A DNA stretch of 62,944 nucleotides, filler included, from Lenisia limosa (lineage: Eukaryota > Protista > Breviatea): NCBI GenBank assembly GCA_001655205.1. It is 11 parts of 11 records of this genome, joined end to end, with 100 filler letters (N's around TTAATTAATTAA, not from the genome) between each part and the next. Parts side by side here need not be neighbours in the genome. Positions count along the whole stretch, not along the records: positions 1 to 6,977 come from LPNZ01009344.1; positions 7,078 to 27,087 come from LPNZ01006231.1; 9 more parts are not named here. The stretch is one strand, 5' to 3'. Below, in pieces: positions 1-12,229 of the stretch. The notes under the pieces were generated by a model that saw only the letters and a program-made list of their open reading frames with translations, was not told where the DNA came from and ran no database searches. Each line of letters starts with the position of its first letter. The first letter of the stretch is position 1. A program made the position numbers and the translations under genes.

Positions 1-1363
1 TCACGCTTATAAGAGATATTGGATTGTAGTATAATATTAATTCACCCAATCATTTGCCTTACAACTAGTGTATGATAAGAACTCAACTGACATCACAAAC
101 CCCCATATTCATTTCTATTACAATAATATGATATGATACGCTACAAATTATTATTGCCAAAACACTCTAATGAAAAAACAAAAATCCCAAAACAGTTCCA
201 TAAACAAAAGCCCAATATTTTGAGAACAAAAACATCCCAAAATACAAGTATCAGAGGTGGCGGGGATTTGAACTTGGTGGACTTTCTGAGAGTGTTAAAG
301 TGCAGTCCATACTATGATGAAAGTGATATAATAATCAAGTTTTTGGTGAACTTTGGCAAACAAATTTCTAGTGTTTTAAGGCTATTGAACATGGATTGTG
401 AACAATGAAGGTGAATCAATAAATCATACTTAGAACCTGATCGTACATATTATTTCATATGTACACTACAGAAACAATGAATGATAAACCACTACCGTTT
501 CAGTCTTTTGAACGAGGTGCTTGAACTGCATGACTCTCTGCGAGGGTTAATGTTACACTCACTTCGGTTCCAAGTAGCCAAGGTAAACATCGTTATTTAT
601 CGTGTATTTGTAGGATCCATTCAGAAAAGATCGGTAAACTATCGAAATAAATCGATTTCTCGAGAAGTTCAGTCATTTTCTAAATCGGAATGAAGCCCTA
701 TGTTTATCATGGGGTACTCGCTTTGGTATGAAAAAGACCAGTAAAATATCTAAATGTATCCGAAGTGGAACATTTCCAAGCCCTAAATACCTGGGGGAGT
801 TGAAGCGCATATTCGTGTCTCTTTTTACAGCATTGGCTGTTACTGCTTGTACCACCTAGGGACTTGTCAAAAAAATTGCATCAAAAACAAAACAAAACCA
901 AAAACCCGGGCTGGATGCAAAATATCGAGAAATTAATTTCAATTTTATTTTTTCGGACATTGAAATTTCAAATTTTGTTAATTAACTGTCTCAAGAAGTG
1001 ACTAAGAATAGAGGACTAGATTCCAAATATCAGTGAGATCTCTTCAAATCTTAAACTCACAAAAAGAAACTATTTGCAAGCATGGCGGGGACACAACAAA
1101 TCAAATTATCGGATTATATCATACAATTGCATATCTATAATTTACATGTATATAATGATACATATACTATACAGCAATCGCTTTACGTTGTTATATTTAT
1201 CTATATAATTGAAAAAAAAAATAATAAAGAATTAGCTGGGAATAACTTTTTAAGGCTGAACAAAAAATAATGACCACAACTTCATTACTATTGACAGCAT
1301 GTAGTTTTATTTATTTGTCTCAGAGCAGCCCAGTAATATATTAAGCTCAATAATAAATCATAC

Positions 1364-4300
1364 CTGGGGGTCCACGTAGAGGAACACAACCTGTTTGGTA
1401 AGAGTTGCAAAAAATTCCGACAAAGTCTCTCTAGATGGATACAGTTCATTAAATAAGAGTCTCCTCCCTCCCTGATTAGAACCAATTTCATTGCATTAAT
1501 TCCCCTCCGTCCCTCTCACAGCGACTTCGGGGAAAGTATCCACGAAATTAAAGTCTCCCTAAAACAGTAAATCTGAAATAATAGATAATGATTACAAAGA
1601 TTACTTCATAAAAGGTACCCCATGCAGAAAATAGCCTATAATAACTAAATGATACAAGTGAAAAATATTGATATTTATTGAAGATTTTTCGAGAAATTTA
1701 GTCTTTTTTGAACCGAAGTGAAAGCCCCTGTAGTAATCAACCCCCACCCACAAAAGCCATTCTCTCCAGGGCCTGAGGTGGTAACATGCGCTGTACAATT
1801 GCGGTCACGCGATCGCTCTGAGCCGATACGTCACGCTTACGCCACCAGCCGACAGTCTGAGAATGCCGCCGGACGTTACACACCATAAGCCCGCCGACAC
1901 TCATCGTCAGAAACTAGATCTGTGAGATCTTGGTCCAGTATCTTGGGTGCAATACCCCCCCCCNNNNNNNNNNNNNNNNNNNNNNNNNNNNNNNNNNNNN
2001 NNNNNNNNNNNNNNNNNNNNNNNNNNNNNNNNNNNNNNNNNNNNNNNNNNNNNNNNNNNNNNNNNNNNNNNNNNNNNNNNNNNNNNNNNNNNNNAAATCG
2101 ATATTTATCGAGGATTTATCGAGAGATTCAGTTTTTTTGGGACCGTACATACATAAGTCCCCTACCCTTGTCATGCAATAAAAGAGGGTGCTGGCAATGT
2201 GATCACTTTCTGCAAAGTAGGCCAGGAAAGCCATGTAGAACAACGAGACCGGCTGCGAAGTAATAGAGTGGGGTAAGCGTAATGGTGTGGAAGGCCAGAT
2301 AAAGCCTTATTATTTATTGCTTATTTTTATATACAATAGGGCAGGGTATAGTGCAGTGTGTTTGGGGATGGTTGATAAATACAGTGATGGGATAAGTCTT
2401 GACCTATTATCCTTGGGAAATCACATAACAAATCGGTCAAGACTTATACCAGTAACTGTATAAAATCTTGAAATAACTGGAGGTGATATGAAGAAGTGAT
2501 TGTAAATGATTGAATTTTATAAATAAATAGGGCTTCCCCCTACGGTTCCCAAAGAGACTGAATTTCTCGATAAATCCTCGATAAATATCGATGTTTTACC
2601 GATCTTTTTGGGACCGTAGGAAACCACAAGTAACACATAATGGGTGATGCTGTGGATGCAGGGATGAGGTAGTGTTTAGCAATGACTGAAAATAAATCTC
2701 AATAGAAGTTGGAGAATGCTGGAAAATGATAATTATAATGGGTCAATAAATTCTATAATTTTCTTTTGACGGTATAATGATAATTTTGAGTATTTTGAGG
2801 CTTGTACATTATAACAAGAGTGGATATGACGTGTCATGTGCATCATTGAGCGTGAAATGAAGACATGAAAATGATTTAAGGATAATGTATAATATAGTTC
2901 CTCCCCCGCCCACAATCAGCCCCACGAAGACAAGCGGAGTGGGTAAGCCGGGATTGGTCAGGATGATGAAGAAGTGCAAAAAAGTGACAGTGAGGACATA
3001 GGGACTGTCCGGTTCTCCCATGGGTGTTTTGACTGCCCAATAAAGAGTGGACATAGTCTATGGAGTGAGGGAGAATTGGGGAATCCTAAAAACTATTTTG
3101 AAAGAACATGAAATGTTCAATGGCTTCGATAAGTCCTGACACGATTGACAAAAGATACATCTCAATTTCCGTGTCAGGGCTCGGGGGCAGTTTATGTCAC
3201 CCCATACTACAATAAACCACCATCGTCACCAACAACAATTCATAACATCACCACCACCACCACCACCATCATCACCAACACTATCATCACCATCATCATT
3301 ACTAACATCATCATTATCACCAACACTATCACCAACATCATCATCATCACCACCACCGCCACCTACCGCAATAAACCAAGAGAGAAAGATGCCGATCCAT
3401 GAGAAGTTTCGTCGAAACATTGAGAATCCCGCTAAGTCCATCCGCGACTGTAGCTCGTCTTCTTCTGAGAGCGCGGATCTGCATGGTGGTAAAATTGGAA
3501 CATTTATNNNNNNNNNNNNNNNNNNNNNNNNNNNNNNNNNNNNNNNNNNNNNNNNNNNNNNNNNNNNNNNNNNNNNNNNNNNNNNNNNNNNNNNNNNNNN
3601 NNNNNNNNNNNNNNNNNNNNNNNNNNNNNNTGAGAACAAAACAAACAAAGCCCATGCCAGTCTCTTCTGCAACATCCTAGGTCTGTATGGGTAGAAAATG
3701 GGTGTAAAGAAGGGAAATGTTTTCATAGAATACTATTCTCCCTTAAAAGGCAAGTCAAACTCAAACCTTCCAAAAAAGGTAAGCCAAACACCACCCACCT
3801 TCCATAATTTACGACATAAAAACCGCAGAGGATGATGAGAGCAATCGGGGTCAATACCTGTGATGTAAGAATTGTTCCATCAAGTATAATTAGGACTTCC
3901 TTGCGGTCCGAAAAATACCGTTAAAATATCGATAATTTTCGAGGATTTATAGATTTATCGAGAAATTCAGTCTGTTTTCGAACCGAATTGAAGCCCTAAC
4001 CCTCATCAATTCTTTTCACCCGCCCCTCTGCTCACTTTGACGCTTTCCTGAGGAGTCAACTCCCCAAAAAACAAGTCGGAGAAGAATACTGCTGTCCTAG
4101 AAAGTCAGTGAAGGGATGATAACAAGATGTATCTCGCCGAAGCCGTCCACATCATCATGCTTATAAAAAAATATTGGATTATAGTATCTGGCCCAACCCT
4201 TCCTAATAAGAGATATTGAATGTACCTGGCCGAAGCCGTCCACNNNNNNNNNNNNNNNNNNNNNNNNNNNNNNNNNNNNNNNNNNNNNNNNNNNNNNNNN

Positions 4301-5664
4301 NNNNNNAATACTCTCTAGAACTGCTGAAAAATAATTTTAAAACTTGAAAAACTGAAATATCCACAAAATTTCAACGATTTTGGTCTAATAACGTTACTGT
4401 TCTAAGTGACATACTTGCTTTAAAAGGTAAGTCCCCCAGCCCACCATCCCAGAACAGCTAGCCATCCGGAGGTTATAGCCTCGCGCCGGTACCAAACCGC
4501 CCGTGCGGCNNNNNNNNNNNNNNNNNNNNNNNNNNNNNNNNNNNNNNNNNNNNNNNNNNNNNNNNNNNNNNNNNNNNNNNNNNNNNNNNNNNNNNTTTAT
4601 TTTGGAGCTTTTGGCTGACAACACACAAGGTTAGAGCCCTGGGGGAGGGGTTGAAAACGAAAAAAAATTATCAAGAATATTGGGCGTAAAGGTAAATCGA
4701 ATAATATGAAACTCCAAATAACATACAAAAATACAGCCCGAACCAGGCTTTGAAGAGTCCCACCACCACAGTACAGCATCTCATCACTCCAGCGTACGTA
4801 AATTGAAAATTTTTATGAAACAAAACACAATTCAACTCGGTTCAATTTGCGAAAAACGCGAGTGAAAACAACAAAACAAACAAAGCCCTGGGGGAGGGGG
4901 TGAAATTGAAGAAAAAAAAAGACCTAAGTAAGAGGGGGTAAATATGCAAAATTCTACAAAGAAAAAAAAAAACCCATTCATCTCTGTTGGCTTAACATTT
5001 GCGAAACACACAAGGGTTAAAATCAGCAAAATAAACAAACCGTTTCATGGGGCATTATAGTATGTGGCAAAATGAGAAGTGTCATGAGGTGAAATTGTGT
5101 TGGATGTTAACTGAGACAATCAGAGAGGATGAAGTAGTATCGTAATCATGATATTCGCATCAGATCATCTTTTTCAAATCTAATATCCTCATAATCATTT
5201 GAAAACTCTCAATACTCTCATCATTGTTTTCATGAATTTCATCATTTTCATAAACATCATAACGTTCAAATCCCCCTTCAACGACACGGACACCAACATC
5301 AACGTCATAAACATATAATTATCATCATACTGTCATCATGTCATAAATACCCATCATCTCCTTTTGTTCCCGTTTCAACTTTCAACACAAAATAACTGGA
5401 AAGGGGACTTCTTAGCAGGCCGATTTTCTAGACAATATTTAAACAACTTCCAGGGTTCCTGGATACATGTTACCATGCGGAAACGGATATCAGTGAACAC
5501 CTGCATGAGACAGTAAAGAAAAACAAGCCGCTCAAACCGATGGAATCAGCATCTTTGAAGGCCTTAGTGACGTTGACGCTCTGGTGGTAGGTAGAGAGAT
5601 CTACAGAAGTCAAAGCTGAAGGATGCTGAGAAGGGCGGCTTCGGCCCCTTCTTTTCCCAACCAT
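1364..5664 (-). CDS. Multi-exon, multi-pass membrane protein, probable class III adenylyl/guanylyl cyclase (partial; may continue below 1364)
   Basis: Hand-parsed GT-AG exons give hydrophobic helices (VLTPIALIILCGFYVVKLWK; PVSLFYMAFLAYFAESDHIASTLFYCMTR; FLTMSVGGLMVC). These are followed by DRVTAIVQRMLPPQALERMAF-GDFNFVDTFPEVA, which resembles the LLxxILPxxIAxxL helix and the start of a cyclase domain. Catalytic motifs were not clearly seen. Confidence 0.4.
2382..2458. mobile_element. Family D MITE (Tc1/mariner-like ends)
   Basis: TA-CAGTGATGGGATAAGTCTTGACC...GGTCAAGACTTATACCAGTAACTG-TA. Related copies at 43562-43639 and about 57049-57110. Confidence 0.65.
2530..2625. mobile_element. Family A MITE, TIR subtype 2 (GGGCTTCCCTACGGTCC)
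   Basis: Inverted ends around the GACTGAATTTCTCGATAAATCCTCGATAAATATCGAT core. Confidence 0.75.
3226..3360. repeat. Degenerate (CAC/CAT/AAC)n triplet repeat, intronic
   Basis: Seen directly; it produces the low-complexity T/I, H and P/S ORFs in the track. Confidence 0.85.
3893..3996. mobile_element. Family A MITE (left arm subtype 2, right arm subtype 1)
   Basis: TA-GGACTTCCTTGCGGTCCG...CGAACCGAATTGAAGCCC-TA. Confidence 0.7.
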
Positions 5665-6447
5665 TTTCGTTTTTAGTTACTGAGATGTCCATGAAACGAA
5701 GGTCGGAAGCCCATACAACGGGCTTTGTTTCTGCGTACTTCCGTCTAGGTCATTTTGAGGGCTTGACTTCTTGCAATTTAGTTTATAGCTTCAATAAAAC
5801 AATATAACTGTCGTTAGATTGCTCTTATAACCATTCCGAAGACCTTCCGAAAGGTTCCGAAGTCTCAGGCTTGCATTATTTACAGTGTTAGCATTCCTTA
5901 ATAAGCTTTCTTAAACCATTTTTGAGCGGTACGAATATTCACGAATAGAACAGATATTAATATATGTGATTATGCAATGGTTATACAATAAAACTATGAC
6001 ATTATGACAATATACTAAGGGCTTCACTACGGTTCGAAAAAGACCAGTAAAATATCGATAGTTTTCGAAGATTTATTGATAAAATCAGTCTTTTTTCGAA
6101 CCAAAGTGAAGCACTAAATTTAACCTTAATAATACACGATAACTGCTACATTGAAACATTGGAAAGAGTAAAAAATAATAATAAATAAGCTTCTTCAGCT
6201 GAGCGTTGGGGGCTTGGGGTACATATGCGCCGCTTAGAGGTTTTCAAACCACTCAATCTGCAAGATTAACGCTTTTGTTCATGTGGATTATCGAATATGT
6301 GCAGACTATGATCTTATAAATTAGTGCAGAAAAAGATGTATTGATGCATGTGTAACAAATTGGCTACAGTCTTTTAACGAGCTCTATGCTAGATATACAT
6401 AATAAGTGCGTAATTTTGAAAAAATAGCAGACTATTTGACCTGAGTA

Positions 6448-6825
6448 TTAGCTCCTCCCCAGCACCCCCATTACTTCTTCACTAATTTGCTTCTCCTCCT
6501 CAGGGGTGAAGTCGTTTTTGATATTAAACTCCTTCCTGATTCCGGCAACATCAAGATCTAGAGGGGTGATAAAGAGGTTCGTGGTAAACATATGACATTG
6601 GAAATACACTCGGGTCTCAAAAAAAAAAAAGAGCGAATTTCTCGATAAATCCTCGAATTCTATCGATATTTTACCGGGGTTTAGTCGAACCGAAGTGAGG
6701 CCCTACTTGTGCCCCTTCCAACCCTGCAAAATCTCAGCGAGTGCCTGTGCTCCGCGACTCAAAAGAGGATCGCAATCAAGGAAGTTGGCTGCCTGGATTA
6801 TTGCACACAGTGTGGCTTTGTCAAC
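6448..6825 (-). CDS. SKP1: SKP1-family protein, last two exons (6825-6723, 6557-6448)
   Basis: VDKATLCAIIQAANFLDCDPLLSRGAQALAEILQ-DLDVAGIRKEFNIKNDFTPEEEKQ matches Skp1 LxxAANYLDI...IRKxFNIKNDFTxEEE. The GT-AG intron is phase-consistent. Confidence 0.85.
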
Positions 6826-6962
6826 CTGGGGGGATGGGGTAAAATTGGAAGATATAACACAAAAAAGCCCAAAATCAACTCTGTTGGCTGATAGCACGAG
6901 GGTTGATAACAACAAAGCAAACAAAGCCCAGGTCAGTCGCTTCTGCAGCATCACATCCCATC
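6826..6962 (-). repeat. Family B intron-3'-end repeat, abutting the SKP1 acceptor
   Basis: Sense strand: GATGCTGCAGAAGCGACTGACCTGGGCTTTG...CAGCCAACAGAGTTGATTTTGGGC...TTCCAATTTTACCCCATCCCCCAG|exon. Confidence 0.8.
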
Positions 6963-6977
6963 ATGGGGGGGGGGGGG

Positions 6978-7077
6978 NNNNNNNNNNNNNNNNNNNNNNN
7001 NNNNNNNNNNNNNNNNNNNNNTTAATTAATTAANNNNNNNNNNNNNNNNNNNNNNNNNNNNNNNNNNNNNNNNNNNN
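6978..7077. other. Artificial scaffold spacer (44N-TTAATTAATTAA-44N)
   Basis: The same all-frame-stop 12-mer lies inside N runs at 7022, 27132, 32662, 34976, 41094, 42831, 47895, 56721, 59473 and 61440. Confidence 0.97.
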
Positions 7078-7573
7078 ATCAATACAATGCTGCATGTGAA
7101 GATAATGTCATGCAAAAATCCACCCCCAGCATACAGTTCAGTCGGACAGCTTATAGTCAACAAAGACCGTTCCTTTGACTGTGAAGTCAACAAAGATTGA
7201 AGACAAATGTTGACTTCTACTGGCAACATGCATCTGCCATTCAAGCTGAAGTGCATATGTGGGAGTTGGGAGAAGCGCGAGATTGCGCTGTGTGGGACAT
7301 TTACACTCCATGATGAAGAAATTATTATTATCCAAGAAAAACGCGTCAGGGGACATGCACATAACCTTGTCAGTGTCCCAACTGGCCAGAGCTGTCGTCA
7401 CAAGACCACATCTGATAACCTATGTAGGTTAATTCGTGGTAAGATTCCCAAAAGAAAAAAACAATCAATGAGCGGAGGAAATACTTAATAATAATAACAC
7501 AACAAACATAATAACACCAGTCCTACCTTTATTGAGGGGGAGAATGCCGTCTTGATAAACTTTTCAACACAAG

Positions 7574-9760
7574 TTATAGCGTTTGCTTCATTTTCAATGC
7601 CATGTTGCATGGAGTTTTAGTCTTCTCAATGGGAGTTTTCGTCTTCTCGTTCCCGCTTTTGTTTTCACCACGTATCTCAGTTCGTTCTTTCATAAATTTG
7701 TTGTAGTCAGCTTTGACACTATTAACAACATGACACTGTCCAAGCCCACTATTTGGCTTAATATGACGATGTTAGATTAAGTACGTGCTGATACTCTTTT
7801 GAATGAGTCGGTGCTCAGCCACTTTAGTGTAGTGGGTGATACGGAAGAGATAAGAAAGCCAAGACGCACCAATTCGTCCAAATTTTCCCCAAAACCAAGC
7901 ATCAGTACCTTTATGCACCGAAAAGAGATCATTGGGAGAGCTTTTGAACAGGGTACTAGATCAAGCATTTCTTCGGTTCATAAGCAACAGGCCTTTTGAC
8001 CTTGGTAACTTCGGTGAGAGGATGATTGGTAATTGTGACAGGTGTAAAATTTCGACCTTTCAGTATAATTGGTCCATTATGTAAAGGTAGTGGCGCTGCT
8101 GAAGGTAACTGCTTCTTAGGGTGCTTGGATGGTGGTTGTTCGACAGTTGGTGGAGGTTGGGGAGGGTCAAGGTCAAGTGTGGTTGATGGGTGGAGGGATG
8201 CAAGGAGTGTACGTGAGTGCGATGGTTCAAGTTTCGACGGAAATGTCACATAACGAGGGGAAATCCAAGGCATCGTTTGTTGATTATATGAACTAGTAGA
8301 TAAGGAAACTATCTCAAATAAGAGGCTCACTAAATAGAGGAGCAGTGAAGAAAGATGAAATGATCCAATCACACAGGTTGCTAGGTTCTTTTGGAGCTGA
8401 CTAATAGAGGTGACAAAAAAGTAAATATAATTTTGAGAATAAAGTAAATATAATTTTGAGAACAAAGCGTCTGTTATTTTTTGTTACTTACGTTTTCAGG
8501 CGGACTCCATGACCATTGAGGACATATGCAATTGAGAGAGCTTTTGTGTCTGCTTCTTTTCGGAGATTAATGGCATCTTTCATGATTCGATCAATTGCTG
8601 AAAGGGAATAAGTTCTTCGCTGCAGCAACGGGATACATTTCCAACAAATCATAAAAGATATTTTGGTAGTGAACTAATCCTATTTTAGTGCAGCACCCAC
8701 TGCTCGACATCGCTGCCTCTCCAATAATACAAGTCAAACCCGTCAAGGATTTCGTGTTGAGAGCCGTGAGTATGGCAGTGATGTTAAGGCTTTTTCATAC
8801 TATCTAATCAGGACGAAAAACAGCCCTAGTTGAGTTGACAGTAGTTGGGAAACTGTGGTTCCCCGGGAATCGGGAGAATTTGCTGAAAGATAAGCGGGAG
8901 GTTGTGAGGTGGTTATAGCGCCATTAGGGTGATTGTATACCTATTTGGTCTTTATTTACTCTGTTCGAGAACAGGCAAGGCAGCCTGTCGGTTTATGCGT
9001 CCAGTATTGTTTTAAACACCTCAAACTAACACAAGCTACAAGTAATAATCTGTCAGTCTCTAAATCTCTGCCCAAAAAGCTAAATTTATATAAACAAAAC
9101 AAAACACTATCTTGGTTGAAAGAGGGTAGCTTTGGTCAGAGCGCACATTCAAGCACGTAATAATTTTCTATTCCAGTCTGATTTAACAACAAACCACTGA
9201 GAACGTCTGTGTCGTCGAAAACAAACTCGTCTCAGAAGCTGTGTTGAAGGTGCCTTGGGCTTTGCAACCGCATGTGAGGACATGGTGAAGACGCCTTTGG
9301 TGCTGAGGAAAGCACATGAGGAAGCGCAGCAACCGGGGTAGGTGTGCACGAACAAACGGGGCAAGGTATCTGATCAACTTAAATGGTAGGAGGAAGCTCA
9401 AAACGCAATTTTTTTTCTCAATAAGAACTGTGGTAAATAAAGCAGTGTAAGTACAGGGAGGAGTAAGGGTATGGTCTAGGGTGTTCAAAAAACTCCGAAA
9501 ATAGACCATGAAAGAGTAATCAGGATTCTCGTTTTATACAACGTTTAACTTAAAATAAACCCAATTTCAGGCCCAACTTACCACAGGGAACTGTTAGAAG
9601 AAACGTGGTTTGGGAAGTCCTTCAACGAGGTCGAGGCTGAAGGGGCATTTGACCCGGGAGCTCCTTGAAGATAGCGTTGTCATTGACGAAATCGTCCACG
9701 ACAAGGCCGAGCTTGTCACTGAAGTCATCGGCGATATCAGGAAGGTATGTTGAACTGTGA
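7574..9760 (-). pseudogene. Decayed intron-containing gene of unknown (probably transposon-associated) type
   Basis: A phase-2 GT-AG intron (8491-8401) joins ...GHGVRLKT|QLQKNLATC.... Flanking frames continue through scattered TGA/TAA/TAG stops. No family recognised. Confidence 0.35.
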
Positions 9761-11060
9761 TAATATGCTGAATGTATTGACTCATCTTGTGGGAGGGGGC
9801 AGTGTAACAATACACTAAAACATTGATATATTTTATAATGATTTTATCCCCGTTCACAAAACCCGGTGCTTTTTTTGGATAAATCGGTGTTTTTTTGGAA
9901 TATCGGTGCTATTAGGTTTTTACAGGTAAAAATAGCAAACAATAAATGACCANNNNNNNNNNNNNNNNNNNNNNNNNNNNNNNNNNNNNNNNNNNNNNNN
10001 NNNNNNNNNNNNNNNNNNNNNNNNNNNNNNNNNNNNNNNNNNNNNNNNNNNNNNNNNNNNNNNNNNNNNNNNNNNNNNNNNNNNNNNNNNNNNNNNNNNN
10101 NNNNNNNNNNNNNNNNNNNNNNNNNNNNNNTCATATAGCTCTATATGTATATTATATGTATCTATATAAGCCACTGACAATAAACCCGATGATTATTGTT
10201 TTCAGGAATAATTTTCCCACAGCACAGTCTATAAAATGCTAAGTTTTGGTGTGGTTTCGACATAAGATACAAGGGAATATATTGCACAATAAAGAATCGG
10301 GTAAAGTCGGGTTAACTGAGGGTGGTTGTCAAATATATATAGATATCATATATAGTATACATATATCATATCTATAGTATATAAGTTTTGACCCTTGACA
10401 CCATTCATTTTGAAGATGGACTGACAGAACAGGAATATAGTTAGCGCTACTCCTACCAAAGGTGAAAATGGCCACTTACTCAAAAGTAGAGATTTGGGGA
10501 TTTTGGGCTGACTCTAGTTTAGTATATTTCTAGTTCCGTGTATTTTTGTTCTTAAAATACACTAAACTCAAAACCCCCCTATTTTTAGGAATGTTCCAGA
10601 AACACTGGACTGAAGGCCCATCAATGTAGGAGTCAACCATTGTCTCAATTACAAAAAACACATTTAAAGACAGTGAGAGGCGTACAGAACATACAACTCT
10701 GGTTTAAATATATACCGTACGCCATAAACCATCTTTAGTCCCCATCTTTAAGATATATATGCCTCTAGGAGACACTGGTCAAAATCGGAAATCCCTCCAC
10801 CGAAAAATTCATATATCCGAGCCTAAAATGTTGCCGATAGGGAAGAAAAATCACCAGCCAGCAGAGGTTCCTGAGTGGACCAAAACACGTTGCATAAGCC
10901 GCCTCCGCACAGCACCCGATTTATGTATTATTGTACACTCAAAGGTATTCAACTTGAGAATGAACTATCTAGCTATAAGAGAATTTGGAAGAGAGTCAAT
11001 CGGATATCGGAACATTAGAGGAGTTGTCCAGGTCATTTCTCGCTCACAAAAAAATTGACA

Positions 11061-11698
11061 TCACCAAGCATTTCTTCTTCTGTCATTATCAATTCTGGGT
11101 TTGGCTCATCCCAATCGATGATAGGAGTTGAAACTCTTGGCTTATTAACACAAATATTTCAAATCAGATTATAAGAATAACCTTATTAATGACTGTTCAG
11201 AAGAAATATCAATATTGGAGGTCCTTTCATTTTTTACCCAATATCCTACTCGAAAAAATTCAAAAAGTCATTTAAGTCAAATACCTCTTTCCTTATACGT
11301 GCCAATTAAAAGCATTACAGTAACTTCCAACGGATCTCTGAGTTGACACAAACTCGGCGGATCACACTCATAAGCAAATACAATCCACTGGTAATTGGAA
11401 TCCATGGTTTCCTACAATGACTGGACCTATAGCAACATCTGCTAAAACCAATTCGGGTAAGATTGGGAATTTAGAGTCCTACTTGATCATTCTCAGAATT
11501 CTCAGCTGAGCCAACATAGATTAATTTCCAGTCCAAATCTTCTAACAAAAAACGGTAAATACCCTCTTCTAAAGCTTGTGAACACTCTAATTTAATTTGG
11601 AAGTATATTCTTTCAGAAAATAGAGAAACAGGGTTCTCTATCTAAGGAAATAAATGAAAATGAACTTTAACATCAGTTATTTTGATTGGTGGGCTCAT
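11061..11698 (-). CDS. ASF1: Histone chaperone ASF1, 7 exons; introns 11665-11642 (24 nt, AG), 11562-11539 (24, AG), 11482-11449 (34, TG), 11388-11367 (22, AG), 11284-11261 (24, TG), 11181-11160 (22, TG)
   Basis: Spliced product MSPPIKITDVKIENPVSLFSERIYFQIKLECSQALEEDLDWKLIYVGSAENSENDQVLADVAIGPVIVGNHGFQLPCDPPSLCQLRDPLEVTVMLLIGTYKEREFFRVGYWVKNER...LIRNICVNKPRVSTPIIDWDE matches ASF1 motifs DLEWKIIYVGSA, DQVLDSVLVGP, TYRGQEFIRVGY and RNIL..PRVT...W. The gene is absent from the ORF track. Confidence 0.92.
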
Positions 11699-12229
11699 GA
11701 GTACTCTTGACACAAACTAAAAACTTTAAAAAGAAGAAAACTTGACAAAGTATTAACTGGATTAACTTGAGATTTACCCAAGGGCTGACCAATGCAAGGG
11801 GCCGCTGAGGTGGGGTAACAGGCCTGATGTCTGATTTCCTGATCTGTTTGATCTGTCCTTGATCTGGCTGATGTGCCTGAAGAGCTAAAAAACTGTAATG
11901 GTGTACAGAGAAAAATAAAACTTCGTACTCACCTTATTGTCACCAACAGTTTGCGTGTTCTCAAAATCGCAGTCGGACACAACCATCAGATTGGTGGTGG
12001 AGATTTTGACAGGAGCACTCAGTAGGTCATGAGGCTCAAGATGGAGGAACGAAAATGATGTTGGCTGCCATGTAAAGAATGGAATGGGTCTGAAGACCAA
12101 AGAGAAAAGTTAAGAAAAAGGCAAAATACTGTGTTAATTAACCCCCAACGAACTTCGGGGAAAGGCAGGGCCTCAGGTATATTGTTGACGACAATCTCGG
12201 GGATTTTAGCCATGTTATTTAAAGCCATT

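Noticed and set aside
3145-3726. Long low-complexity ORFs in the track, and other ORFs running through X stretches
   Set aside because: They arise from triplet repeats or from reading through N gaps.
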